Shown: positions 1 to 8,993, counted from the first letter of the stretch. The stretch is DNA of 58,134 nt from an uncultured Acidimicrobiia bacterium (GCA_964195405.1 CAXMPK010000048.1:1-58134); one strand, 5' to 3'. Notes: a model not told the origin generated them from the letters alone. A program made the numbers and translations.

Positions 1-1
1 C

Positions 2-1036
2 TACGCCGACGAGATCGGCGAACGCCTCAACGATCTAACGGCCCCAGGCATGGAGGTAATCGTCGGGACGAGTCACACCAGATTGACGACGGCCCAATTG
101 CGACGACACCTCAAGGCGATCTCGGCGGATGGCCGTATCCAGATAGCCTTCGACATAGTTGGCCTCCACGCCGAACTGGAGCGTGCAATCAACGGTCCGG
201 TTGGCCAATTCGACAAGCCGGTGATGGACATAGTTGACGGAGACATCGTCGTGGCAGAGGCTGGGGAGCCGGCGCCTTTCTGCTGCGATGCCAATTCGGT
301 TCGGGTTGCCGCTGAAGGCATCCTCGCGGGCGGTGTTGGCCCATGGTTCCTCGAATCGCGGGAGAGCAACGACGCAACGTTGGCCGCTTGGGCCGATGGG
401 TCGCTCATCGTTGACAAAGTCAGCGAGTTCACCACTTCGCACTCGTGCTGCCAACCAAGAGTCTCCAACATCCAACGCATGGCCGACTTGGTTCGAGGCA
501 TTTACCTCGTGCCCGGTGAATCGGTGTCATTGAATCGCAAGGTTTCCCGAACCCGAGCCAACGGTTTTGTGGCGGACGGAGCCATCCGGTTTGGGCGTCT
601 AACCGATGAAGTAGGTGGCGGCGTGTCTCAGTTTGCCACGACGATATTCAATGCGGCCTATTTCGCTGGTCTCGACTTCGACGAATACCGGAGTCATTCC
701 ATCTACTTCGAGCGATACCCATTTGGGAGGGAGGCGACCATCTCGAGTCCCAGCCCGGACCTCGTCCTCGCCAACACAACCGACTACCCCTTGCTGATCT
801 GGACGTCTTACGACGCACGCAATATCACGGTGACCATGTACTCAACCCAGAATGTCGATGTGGTCGAACTTGGTCAGCGGGTTTCTCGCAGGGGCAAATG
901 CACCTACGTTGAAACAGACCGGCAAAGGACACATCAAGACGGTCGCGTGACGGTTGACACCGTCACAGCCACCTACCGGCCGGCGGAAGGCCTCGACTGC
1001 AACGGCAACCCGGTTATTCCACCAGGGCAGGGCTAG
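2..1036 (+). CDS. VanW family protein, 5'-partial (reading frame is open to the window edge)
   Basis: There is no stop between nt 2 and the first Met at 50. The core GGGVSQFATTIFNAAYFAGLDFDEYRSHSIYFERYPFGREATIS...DLVLANTTDYPLLIW matches the VanW domain pattern. Confidence 0.75.
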   Translation, partial: YADEIGERLNDLTAPGMEVIVGTSHTRLTTAQLRRHLKAISADGRIQIAFDIVGLHAELERAINGPVGQFDKPVMDIVDGDIVVAEAGEPAPFCCDANSVRVAAEGILAGGVGPWFLESRESNDATLAAWADGSLIVDKVSEFTTSHSCCQPRVSNIQRMADLVRGIYLVPGESVSLNRKVSRTRANGFVADGAIRFGRLTDEVGGGVSQFATTIFNAAYFAGLDFDEYRSHSIYFERYPFGREATISSPSPDLVLANTTDYPLLIWTSYDARNITVTMYSTQNVDVVELGQRVSRRGKCTYVETDRQRTHQDGRVTVDTVTATYRPAEGLDCNGNPVIPPGQG

Positions 1037-1069
1037 CCGAATCTTGCGCTTGACCACCCTAGGTTGAGA

Positions 1070-2290
1070 TCAGCCGCGCCCTCCGGCCAATTGCGTTGCA
1101 TAGGCGCTGCGCTTGAGATGAATCATGGCAACGACGCCAAGCGCCGGCCCCAAGGCCAGCACCGGGAACGCCCATCGCCAGCCCAGATTTTCAGCCAGAG
1201 TCGGCACCAATCGAATCGTCACCAATGTCAGAAGAAAACCGACCGCAGTCTGCAAAGTGAGAGCAGTCCCTCTGACCGCGTCCCCAGCAGTCTCAGTGAC
1301 CATCGCTGAGAACTGTGCGCTGTCGGCGACGACAGTGAAACCCCACAGCAACATCAAAGGCATAACGACCCACACCGCGGAACCAAACACAAATGGCGTG
1401 AGAAGCGCGCACGTGCCTGAGATCGCCATCGCTCCCCCGGCGATCTTGGTCCTCCCGTGACGGTCTGCCAGCGAACCCGCCCACCATGATCCAAGACCCC
1501 CGACCGCAATCACAAAGAAGGTGTTAATCGGGATCGAGCCGTATCCAGAACCGGCTCTATCCGCCGAGGCGACGAGGAAAGCGGCAGTCCAGGTCCACAT
1601 TGCGTACAGCTCCCACATGTGACCCAGGTACCCATAGGTCGACAACCGCACTCCCCTGTCGCCGAAAACGCTTCCAACCTGATTCCAGCGAAACCGCTGT
1701 CCCAATGTCTCGTACGGACCGTCCCTCACTCTTGTCATCATGAGGGCCGCGATGACCGTCAGCACCGAGGCAGATATCACGACCCCCCGCCAGTCCAGGC
1801 CGACTCCTCGAACCAGATGTGGCGAAGCCGAACCGATGGTCAAGGCTCCGACCAACACGCCAAGCGCCATTCCCCTCCCCGCCTTGAACCAACCAGTCAT
1901 CACTTTTAAGCCGGAGGGGTAGACACCAGCGAGAAACACTCCGGTCATGAAACGGAGGCCCATACCGACGCTCACCGATGTCGCGGTGATGAGAAGTAGC
2001 CCAAGATTGGCCACCGCTCCGCCAATGGCGCCGATGAAGAACAGACGTCGACTGGGAACGATGTCGGCCACGTTGAGCACCGCTGAGAGTAGGGCCCCGA
2101 CCACAAAGCCGATCTGAACCATCAGGGTCAGACCGGCTACTTGTCCGGTGTCTAGCCCCCACTCGTCTCGAAGCTGAGGCGCTACGGCCGAAGCCGAGAA
2201 CCAAAGACTCAGGGCAAATAGTTGCCCGATGGCAACGAGCGCAAGGGCACGTTTTGGAAACCCGGGAGGATTTGGTTCAGCCAGGGTCAC
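1070..2290 (-). CDS. MFS transporter
   Basis: 406 aa with about 12 hydrophobic spans and typical MFS loop composition. Its GTG start overlaps the upstream stop (GTGA at 2287-2290). Confidence 0.85.
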   Translation of the reverse strand: MTLAEPNPPGFPKRALALVAIGQLFALSLWFSASAVAPQLRDEWGLDTGQVAGLTLMVQIGFVVGALLSAVLNVADIVPSRRLFFIGAIGGAVANLGLLLITATSVSVGMGLRFMTGVFLAGVYPSGLKVMTGWFKAGRGMALGVLVGALTIGSASPHLVRGVGLDWRGVVISASVLTVIAALMMTRVRDGPYETLGQRFRWNQVGSVFGDRGVRLSTYGYLGHMWELYAMWTWTAAFLVASADRAGSGYGSIPINTFFVIAVGGLGSWWAGSLADRHGRTKIAGGAMAISGTCALLTPFVFGSAVWVVMPLMLLWGFTVVADSAQFSAMVTETAGDAVRGTALTLQTAVGFLLTLVTIRLVPTLAENLGWRWAFPVLALGPALGVVAMIHLKRSAYATQLAGGRG

Positions 2291-3385
2291 AGACTGCGAA
2301 GAGTCGCGGCGGTGTCTCCAAGCACGGGATTGTCACCAAACCCGAGGGCCTGAAATACGATTAACCCGACGCCAAACAGCACGCCGGCGATGACCAGCCC
2401 CAGCAGCCATGCCGGCACCTGTCGTCTCGGCTGCGTCTTTTCACTCACCAGCCCAATGTTATTCATGCTGAGGCTCACGCAAGGCCAGCCCTCCCAATGT
2501 TTGGCGTCAGGCCAGAAAGTGCGAGCATCGGATTGGTACGAAGTAAACCCAGGAAGGGTGTCGAGAATCTCTCCTTTCAGAGGTCCGCTGAGAGCCCGGC
2601 CGTTGGCTGATCCCATATTGTGCCCGTCTCATTGTCGACGACGGCGCCATCGACGATTGTGAAGGTGAGAATATCAGCACCAACCCGACGATGGAACACA
2701 CTCCAACGATCTTCGGTGGTCGGGTCGAGAACGATGGCGACGGGCACCCCGGCGACAACATCGTTGGCCGGGCCCGGACTTGACAAAGTCCATAGGGGAT
2801 AGACACCAACTTCCACGGAGAAGTCGACAACTATTGACATATGCCGGAGATCAAACCGGGAGTTCCCTCCCCGAGCGTTCAAGGCCAGCGTTTCAGGATG
2901 GTCCTCCTGCCAGGTCTCCCATGAGGTGAGCTGCGACGCCACCAAGTCGAGACGTTGACCCTTACGAGGCCCGACGATTGCCTCACCAACCGGCTGACTC
3001 CATACCGTGCCTGTGTCGTGGTCCCACCATGTCATGGCGTTGCCCCAGAGTGCCCCTGATTGCCAAAGACCAAGACTTCTTCGTCCAAATCTCGGCGATG
3101 GACCATCGCCGTCCCACAAAGTGGTCACCAAGTCACCAGAACTGGTGAACCTCCGATCCAATCGATCACCATCTCACGACCATTGAGAAAGCTGACCGGG
3201 TAGGCCTTGGCCTCCCCGCCGAGTTCCAAGCCGATGACCATAGTTTCTGGCGACCAATCGGACTGTGCCGCGCTGCGAAACGTCGGGTTGTAAACAGGAA
3301 GAATGGCGTCCCGGGGCAGCACTTGGCGATATCCCGAGACTGTTTCCTTACCGGCGTGGACCGGGTCATAAGTACCTTCGGGCAC
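2287..3385 (-). pseudogene. DUF3179 domain protein, disrupted as assembled: in-frame TGA at 3125-3127 (candidate Sec codon) plus two frame breaks near 3053-3056 and 2605-2606
   Basis: Track ORFs 3125..3385, 2577..3161 and 2287..2616 together cover a DUF3179-like protein: AKAYPVSFLNGREMVIDWIGGSPVLVTW / [TGA]PLCGTAMVHRRDLDEEVLVFGNQ / ALWGNAMTWWDHDTGTVWSQ ... DNETGTIWDQ / NGRALSGPLKGEIL. A C-terminal TM helix follows. See findings. Confidence 0.7.
3093..3111 (-). promoter_or_regulatory. SECIS-like hairpin downstream of the DUF3179 TGA
   Basis: The minus strand reads CGGCGAU-GGUCC-AUCGCCG, a 7-bp stem starting 13 nt after the TGA. The loop occupies nt 21-25 after the TGA, and its GGUC-type sequence resembles the E. 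coli fdhF SECIS apex. Confidence 0.45.
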
Positions 3386-3476
3386 TCCTACCGGTCCGGC
3401 CTCCCCTCACGTGATGATGAACGCACCGGACGCCCTAGCTAGTCCAACAAGTCGGATATCTGGCTTTCACAACTGA

Positions 3477-3504
3477 GAAGGCCCCAGATCAGTCCGAGGC
3501 CTTC
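3477..3504 (-). terminator. Possible weak terminator hairpin after hsp20
   Basis: GAAGGCC-N14-GGCCTTC lies 24 nt past the hsp20 stop. The U-tract is poor. Confidence 0.25.
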
Positions 3505-3527
3505 AGCGTGTCAATGGGTTTGACTGA

Positions 3528-3917
3528 CTAGTTGGCCGCCGCGGTTTCGATGACGATTTTGCGAGGCTTGGCTTCCTCGATGACCGGGATGGCAAGCGTG
3601 AGAACACCATTGTCGAAGGAGGCCTCAACCTGATCGCCGGCGAGGGAGTCGCCGAGGAAAAACCGACGTCGGAAAGTACCGGTGGCACGGCCACGCACAA
3701 TGTCGGTGCGTTCCTCATCGGCGAGTTCCCGCCGCTCAACGGTGATAGTCAAATGCTGTTTCTCGAGCTCGAGATCAATGTCCTCGAGTTGTACACCCGG
3801 GGCATCGATCTCGACATAGAAGGTGTCACCAAGACGGTAGACATCAGCGTCGAGACTGGACCGACGGGCAATAGGCCGATAGGGATCGGCGAATGGGTCA
3901 AAACGATGCAACATCAT
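3528..3917 (-). CDS. hsp20: Hsp20/alpha-crystallin family small heat-shock protein
   Basis: 129 aa with an alpha-crystallin domain pattern: FYVEIDAPGV...LTITVER...GTFRRRFFLGD...ASFDNGVLTLAIP. An AGGAG RBS lies 10 nt upstream of the ATG. Confidence 0.9.
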   Translation of the reverse strand: MMLHRFDPFADPYRPIARRSSLDADVYRLGDTFYVEIDAPGVQLEDIDLELEKQHLTITVERRELADEERTDIVRGRATGTFRRRFFLGDSLAGDQVEASFDNGVLTLAIPVIEEAKPRKIVIETAAAN

Positions 3918-3964
3918 GGATGAACACTCCTGTTTCCTGTGAGGGTTTGATCATTTCTTGTTAG

Positions 3965-4000
3965 ATTATGGATGATGAAATCTGATATGTCAAATATCAG
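3965..4000 (-). promoter_or_regulatory. Putative hsp20 promoter (TTGACA-N17-CATAAT) with an overlapping palindromic operator (CTGATAT-N5-ATATCAG)
   Basis: Read on the minus strand, the -35 TTGACA is at 3993-3988 and the -10 CATAAT at 3970-3965, with a 17-nt spacer. The perfect 7-5-7 inverted repeat at 4000-3982 is centred on the -35 box. The site sits in the AT-rich 182-bp divergent region between hsp20 and rimK. Confidence 0.5.
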
Positions 4001-4099
4001 GTTTACTGAATGGAGACGCCCATATTCAAAAAACCCGTCGGGGAGCATCAGACGAGCCCCTCTTCTCACCCCCCGGAAAGACTGGCAGAATGACCGGCC

Positions 4100-4975
4100 G
4101 TGAAGATCGCCATCCTCTCCAGAAGCTCAGCCCTCTACTCAACGATGCGTCTTCGACAGGCTGCGTTGGAACGTGGTCATGATGTGGCCGTAGTCGACTA
4201 CCTCCGGTGTTACCTGGATATCACAGCGAGACGCCCCAAGATCCTATTTCGTGGCGAGGAGGTCAGACCCGAGGCCGTCATCCCCCGAATCGGGGCCACC
4301 TACACGTTTTATGGCGCTGCTGTGGTGAGACAGTTCGAGATGGCCGATGTTTACGCCTTGAACAACTCGGATGGGATCAGCAGATCGAGAGACAAACTGC
4401 GTTCGATGCAACTGTTATCGCGAGCAGGGGTCGGACTCCCAACCACGAGCTTCGCCCACGACTCCCAAGACATCAATGGAATCCTCGAGGTGGTTGGTGG
4501 TCCGCCGGTTGTGGTCAAGCTTCTCGAGGGAACCCAGGGTGTCGGTGTCGTCCTCGCCGAAACGCAGAAGGCTGCCGAGTCGGTGATCAGCGCCTTTCGA
4601 CAGCTCGACGCCAACTTTTTGGTCCAGCAATTCATCAAAGAGGCCGAGGGTGCGGATATTCGCGCTTTGGTGGTGGGTGACGAGGTCGTGGCCGCCATGC
4701 GTCGCCAGGGGCCTCCCGGCGAGTTTCGCTCCAACCTCCACCGAGGCGGGAAGGCGGAAGCGATCGAGCTGACCCCAAATCAACGAGCCACCGCACTCAG
4801 AGCGGCGAGCGCCATGGATCTGAGGGTCGCCGGCGTCGATCTGATCCAGTCCGACGATGGTCCGATGGTCCTAGAGATCAACTCCTCACCGGGACTGGAA
4901 GGAATCGAAGGCGCTAGCGGCGTCGATATCGCGGGGGCGATCATCACTCACATGGAAGACAACATCGATGCCTGA
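4100..4975 (+). CDS. rimK: RimK family alpha-L-glutamate ligase (ATP-grasp)
   Basis: 291 aa with a GTG start. MKIAILSR...[18 protein letters not shown]...[11 protein letters not shown]...[26 protein letters not shown] is the typical RimK ATP-grasp pattern. Confidence 0.9.
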   Translation: MKIAILSRSSALYSTMRLRQAALERGHDVAVVDYLRCYLDITARRPKILFRGEEVRPEAVIPRIGATYTFYGAAVVRQFEMADVYALNNSDGISRSRDKLRSMQLLSRAGVGLPTTSFAHDSQDINGILEVVGGPPVVVKLLEGTQGVGVVLAETQKAAESVISAFRQLDANFLVQQFIKEAEGADIRALVVGDEVVAAMRRQGPPGEFRSNLHRGGKAEAIELTPNQRATALRAASAMDLRVAGVDLIQSDDGPMVLEINSSPGLEGIEGASGVDIAGAIITHMEDNIDA

Positions 4976-5966
4976 TTCGAAACGAAATGAGGACATCACA
5001 ATCGGTGGGGTGACTGTAAAACCGGGACGAAAACGCCGCATCGAGCTGCCCTTCGCCAAAGTGGCCACCGGGTCGGACGAATCGATGCCGGTTGCAGTCA
5101 TCAACGGACGATCCTCAGGCCCCCATGTCTGGCTGTCTGCGGCGATCCATGGTGACGAGCTCAACGGAATTGAGATCGTCCGCAGGGTATTGAGCGAGTT
5201 GGACGCCAAGACCCTTCGCGGGGCGGTGATCGCCGCCCCCATCGTCAACCCTCTCGGATTTCTGATCGAGTCGAGGTACATGCCCGATCGCAGGGATCTC
5301 AATCGAGCGTTCCCCGGCTCAAAAAGAGGCTCGACAGCTTCGCGCCTTGCCCATCTTTTCATCACAGAAGTGGTCAATCAATGCTCGGTCGGGATCGACT
5401 TGCACACCGCTACGAACCATCGGATAAACATCGCGCAGATCCGCGCCGATGTCGACGACAAGGCGACCCTGCGGTTGGCAAGAGCATTTGGAGCACCTTT
5501 CACGATTCATGCCAGACAGAGACGTGGATCATTGCGACAGGCGGCAACCGAACTAGGCGCAACGGTTCTCGTGTACGAAGCGGGAGAGGCGCATCGGTTC
5601 AATGACCGCGCAATCAAGGCCGGGACAAACGGAGTGCTCCGGACCCTGCGCTCGATGAAAATGATCGACGCACGTTTGCCTCGGGCGAGGTCGACGCGAG
5701 TGGTCCGACGGACTCGATGGGTACGTGCTCGCCGAGGCGGTCTTGCGGAGATTCCCGTTCGGCTCGGCGATTACGTCGCAAAAGGCGACTTCGTGGCGTC
5801 GATCTCTGACGCTTTCGGGTCAAAACCAACACGGGTCAAGGCAACCGAAACCGGCTGGGTCATCGCCAGAACCTTGCGCCCGCTCGTCAACCCGGGAGAT
5901 GCGTTGGTACACATCGCTGCCGAAACAGGGCCGGATCAGGATGAGCCGGCCGAGCGAGACACGTAG
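4968..5966 (+). CDS. Succinylglutamate desuccinylase/aspartoacylase (AstE/AspA, M14-like) family protein
   Basis: 332 aa. [20 protein letters not shown] and DLNRAFPG are zinc-site motifs of this family. It overlaps the rimK stop by 8 nt. Confidence 0.85.
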   Translation: MPDSKRNEDITIGGVTVKPGRKRRIELPFAKVATGSDESMPVAVINGRSSGPHVWLSAAIHGDELNGIEIVRRVLSELDAKTLRGAVIAAPIVNPLGFLIESRYMPDRRDLNRAFPGSKRGSTASRLAHLFITEVVNQCSVGIDLHTATNHRINIAQIRADVDDKATLRLARAFGAPFTIHARQRRGSLRQAATELGATVLVYEAGEAHRFNDRAIKAGTNGVLRTLRSMKMIDARLPRARSTRVVRRTRWVRARRGGLAEIPVRLGDYVAKGDFVASISDAFGSKPTRVKATETGWVIARTLRPLVNPGDALVHIAAETGPDQDEPAERDT

Positions 5967-5968
5967 GT

Positions 5969-6241
5969 CTAACTGGCCTTCTTGATTTCCTCTAGCCAAT
6001 GCCTTCGGATGCGTCTTCGCTCTTTGGCCGTCTGGCCGCCCCAGATGCCTTCGCTCTGATTGGACTCAATCGCCCAGCTGAGACACTCGTCGGCAACCGG
6101 GCAGGTGGCGCACACGGCCTTCGCCTTGGCTATTGCGAGAAAGTCTTCTCGATTCGGGAAGAAGTTGACCTGGTCCGTAACTTCAAGACAGGCCGCCGCT
6201 TCCCTCCACGGTGTAACTGTCAGATCTATCACTGATGTCAT
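5969..6241 (-). CDS. whiB: WhiB family transcriptional regulator
   Basis: 90 aa with four Cys in the WhiB arrangement (C...CATCPVADEC), followed by GIWGG and a basic tail. Confidence 0.9.
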   Translation of the reverse strand: MTSVIDLTVTPWREAAACLEVTDQVNFFPNREDFLAIAKAKAVCATCPVADECLSWAIESNQSEGIWGGQTAKERRRIRRHWLEEIKKAS

Positions 6242-6247
6242 GATGAG

Positions 6248-6973
6248 TTGAACCAGGTAAACGCAGAATCAAAGGGTTTCGTTCCCATGTCCTATTACCA
6301 ATCAGAACTTGCCCGAATTCACCATGAAGCATTCAGTGATTACGCCAGATCGGCAGCTCCAGGTGTTCTGGCGTCTTTGGGAGAACCCTGCGGAGTGGTC
6401 GAGCTGGGGTGTGGTGGTGGCGCATTGACAAGACCCCTCTTGGATGCCGGGCACCGGGTGATCGCCACGGACGCTTCGTCGGCAATGCTGGACTTGGCGA
6501 GACAAGCGGTGCCAGAAGCGGATATCCGATTCTTGAGGCTGCCCGACGATCCGATCCCGTCCACAGACGCAGTGGTAGCCGTTGGCACCGTCTTCAACTA
6601 TCTGGACTCGGAGGTGTATATCGATAGGGCACTGCTTGGTGCTGCAAGAGCGGGCCGAATTCTGATCACCGACCTATTGGACCTGAGCTATGGGGACACA
6701 CGCCGAGAACCGGTCAAGTACTTCCACGAAGGTGACGGCTGGAGATTGTGGACCGTCAACTCACTGGAAACTCCCGATCGAGTCGTCCGCCAGATGACCA
6801 TCGAAACTGCTGATGGAATCACCAACGAGGTTCACATCAACGTCCTCGTCGATGTGGCCGAGGTCGCTGACAAACTGAGGAGTGAGGGTCTGGCAGTGAG
6901 CACCTCATCTGGCTTCGGCTACGAGACACTGCCTCCGGGGTTTGTGGTTCTCGAGGCAAGACGTCCCGGCTGA
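6248..6973 (+). CDS. Class I SAM-dependent methyltransferase
   Basis: Contains SAM motif I, VVELGCGGGALT..., and IATDASSAMLDLA. The true start may be the ATG near 6287 (MSYYQSEL). Confidence 0.8.
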   Translation: MNQVNAESKGFVPMSYYQSELARIHHEAFSDYARSAAPGVLASLGEPCGVVELGCGGGALTRPLLDAGHRVIATDASSAMLDLARQAVPEADIRFLRLPDDPIPSTDAVVAVGTVFNYLDSEVYIDRALLGAARAGRILITDLLDLSYGDTRREPVKYFHEGDGWRLWTVNSLETPDRVVRQMTIETADGITNEVHINVLVDVAEVADKLRSEGLAVSTSSGFGYETLPPGFVVLEARRPG

Positions 6974-6987
6974 GTCGAGTGTGCACA

Positions 6988-7008
6988 ACGGTGCGAAAAC
7001 CGCACCGT
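6988..7008. terminator. Hairpin between convergent genes
   Basis: ACGGTGCG-AAAAC-CGCACCGT is an 8-bp stem lying between the methyltransferase and acyl-CoA dehydrogenase stops. The flanking T-tract is weak. Confidence 0.35.
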
Positions 7009-7037
7009 CTTGCTATAGCAACGAGAGAGAGACGTGG

Positions 7038-8264
7038 TCAGGAGTTGAACTCCGCGCCGGCCCCGAGACGTCCCAGCTCGGCACGGGCCACCGAACGACG
7101 ATGCACCTCGTCGGGACCGTCCGCCATGCGGAGCCAACGACCCATCGAGTAGAACGCCGCAAGCGGCCAGTCTTCGGTGAACCCGGCGGCACCAAATAGC
7201 TGAATGGCTCGGTCGGCGACATCTGTGAGAAGGTTGGGGGCCACGATCTTGATGGCCGCGATCTCGGTTCGAGCAGCCTTGGTCCCGACGTTGTCGATCA
7301 TCCATGCCGTCTTCAGAACCAGCAACCGAGCCTGCTCGATCTCGATCCGGGTGTCGGCAATCCACTCCCGAACCACTCCTTGGTCGGCCAGCGGCTTGCC
7401 AAACGCGACACGAGACTTCGACCTTCGGATCATGAGGTCAAGACAGCGTTCAGCCGCCCCAATCGCCCTCATGCAATGGTGGATTCGACCCGGCCCCAAT
7501 CGTGCCTGGGCAATCGCAAACCCTCCACCCTCCTCACCGAGAATGTTCGCTGCCGGAACCCGGGCCTCGTCAAAATAGATTTGGGGATGTCCGCCGCGAT
7601 CCTGATATCCAAACACCGTGGGCTCCCGCTCAATGCTCACTCCCGGTGTATCAAGGGGAACGATGATCATCGACTGCATACGGTGTGTATCGGCGTCGGG
7701 ATTGGTGACACCCATCACGATCGACATCTTGCATCGGGGAGATGCCGCCCCCGAGCTGAACCATTTGCGCCCGGTAATCAGATAGTCGGCGCCGTCACGT
7801 TTGATGCGTGTTCGGATGTTGGTGGCGTCCGAGCTAGCAACGTCGGGCTCGGTCATCGAGAAACAAGATCGGATCTCACCCTCCAGCAGCGGTTCCAACC
7901 ATTGCCCTTTCTGTTCAGGGGTGCCGAACATGTGGAGAATCTCCATGTTCCCGGTATCCGGCGCCGAGCAGTTGATCGCCTCCGGAGCCAACCAGGGAAT
8001 ACGACCGGTGATCTCGGCGAGGGGTGCGTATTCGAGAACACTGAGCCCGCCACCTTGTTCGTCGTCGGGAAGAAACAGGTTCCACAGTCCCTGACTCCGC
8101 GCCTCGCTCTTGAGGTCGTCGAGCACAGCCGGGTAGTGATGAGGGTCGCCGGCAGCCTCCATCTGGTCTCGATATACCGACTCAGCTGGGTAGACGTGAT
8201 CGTCGAGGAATGAGAGCAACTGGCCCCGCAGCCCTTCGACCCTTTTGCTGTATGCGAAGTCCAC
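7038..8264 (-). CDS. Acyl-CoA dehydrogenase family protein
   Basis: 408 aa with typical ACAD blocks: CFSMTEPDVASSD, GRKWFSSGA, and QLFGAAGFTEDWPLAAFY near the C-terminus. Confidence 0.9.
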   Translation of the reverse strand: MDFAYSKRVEGLRGQLLSFLDDHVYPAESVYRDQMEAAGDPHHYPAVLDDLKSEARSQGLWNLFLPDDEQGGGLSVLEYAPLAEITGRIPWLAPEAINCSAPDTGNMEILHMFGTPEQKGQWLEPLLEGEIRSCFSMTEPDVASSDATNIRTRIKRDGADYLITGRKWFSSGAASPRCKMSIVMGVTNPDADTHRMQSMIIVPLDTPGVSIEREPTVFGYQDRGGHPQIYFDEARVPAANILGEEGGGFAIAQARLGPGRIHHCMRAIGAAERCLDLMIRRSKSRVAFGKPLADQGVVREWIADTRIEIEQARLLVLKTAWMIDNVGTKAARTEIAAIKIVAPNLLTDVADRAIQLFGAAGFTEDWPLAAFYSMGRWLRMADGPDEVHRRSVARAELGRLGAGAEFNS

Positions 8265-8273
8265 GACCGGAAT

Positions 8274-8993
8274 CTACTGGTCTGGCTCTGGGTCCACGTC
8301 AATGATGTCCGCTTCTGGTTGGTCATAGGTCAGGGGCGGCAGCGGTGCTTGCGGCTGAGGAGTCCTCCCGAAATTGAACTCGGACAGCAGCAGCCAGCCA
8401 GCAAGTACCGCGATGAAGATCAGCCGAAACCTGATCGCAGCAATCAGGGCGGCGCCGGCCGTGAAGGTGAAGACGACTCGTGCGATCGTCTCGGCACGGT
8501 CCGGGGCGATCTTCTCGAGGAGGGCCTCGAGAAGATGCCCGCCATCGAGCGGTCTGACCGGCAGCCAGTTGAGCAAGCCCCAGAAAACGTTCACAAAGAT
8601 CAACCTGCTGATCACAAAGGCGGTGAGCCCCGAGTAAGGACCAAATTGGGCGGCAATCGCCCACACCATCCCGCCAAAGACCACACCGACTGCCGACCCG
8701 GAGAAGGCAACAAGCGCACGTCGACCGGGCCCAAATTGGGAGGCCGGAATGGACCATCGGGTCAGACCGCCGATCCCATTGAGCTCAATGGCCACCACGG
8801 CCCCAAGCGAACGCGCAGTAAAGGCGTGCCCGAACTCATGGATCAGAATGGAAACGAAGACAATCACAACCCAGGCAACGATGAACGCCGGGTCACGAAT
8901 CCCGCTGAAGCCAAGCAGGACGGCGATGATCAGGAACGAGCCCTTGACGGTGATTGGAATTCGAAACAGGTTGAACCTCAACACGGCCCCCAT
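8274..8993 (-). CDS. Site-2 protease (M50) family metalloprotease
   Basis: HEFGHAF (HExxH) lies within a TM helix, and NWLPVRPLDGG (NxxPxxxLDG) is present. The protein is polytopic. Confidence 0.85.
   Translation of the reverse strand: MGAVLRFNLFRIPITVKGSFLIIAVLLGFSGIRDPAFIVAWVVIVFVSILIHEFGHAFTARSLGAVVAIELNGIGGLTRWSIPASQFGPGRRALVAFSGSAVGVVFGGMVWAIAAQFGPYSGLTAFVISRLIFVNVFWGLLNWLPVRPLDGGHLLEALLEKIAPDRAETIARVVFTFTAGAALIAAIRFRLIFIAVLAGWLLLSEFNFGRTPQPQAPLPPLTYDQPEADIIDVDPEPDQ

Noticed and set aside
3407-3409. A second in-frame TGA eight codons upstream of the DUF3179 GTG start, with a mildly hydrophobic stretch (LVGLARASGAFIIT) before it
   Set aside because: There is no ATG, GTG or TTG in that upstream segment before the next in-frame stop. 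It has no family-like sequence and no hairpin after it, so I treat it as ordinary 5' non-coding sequence rather than a second Sec codon.
3918-4099. CIRCE or HAIR heat-shock operators, and a 6C-RNA-like C-rich element, in the hsp20/rimK intergenic region
   Set aside because: Neither consensus is present (TTAGCACTC-N9-GAGTGCTAA or CTTGAGT-N7-ACTCAAG). The C-runs near 4060-4085 do not form the two C-loop hairpins of 6C RNA.
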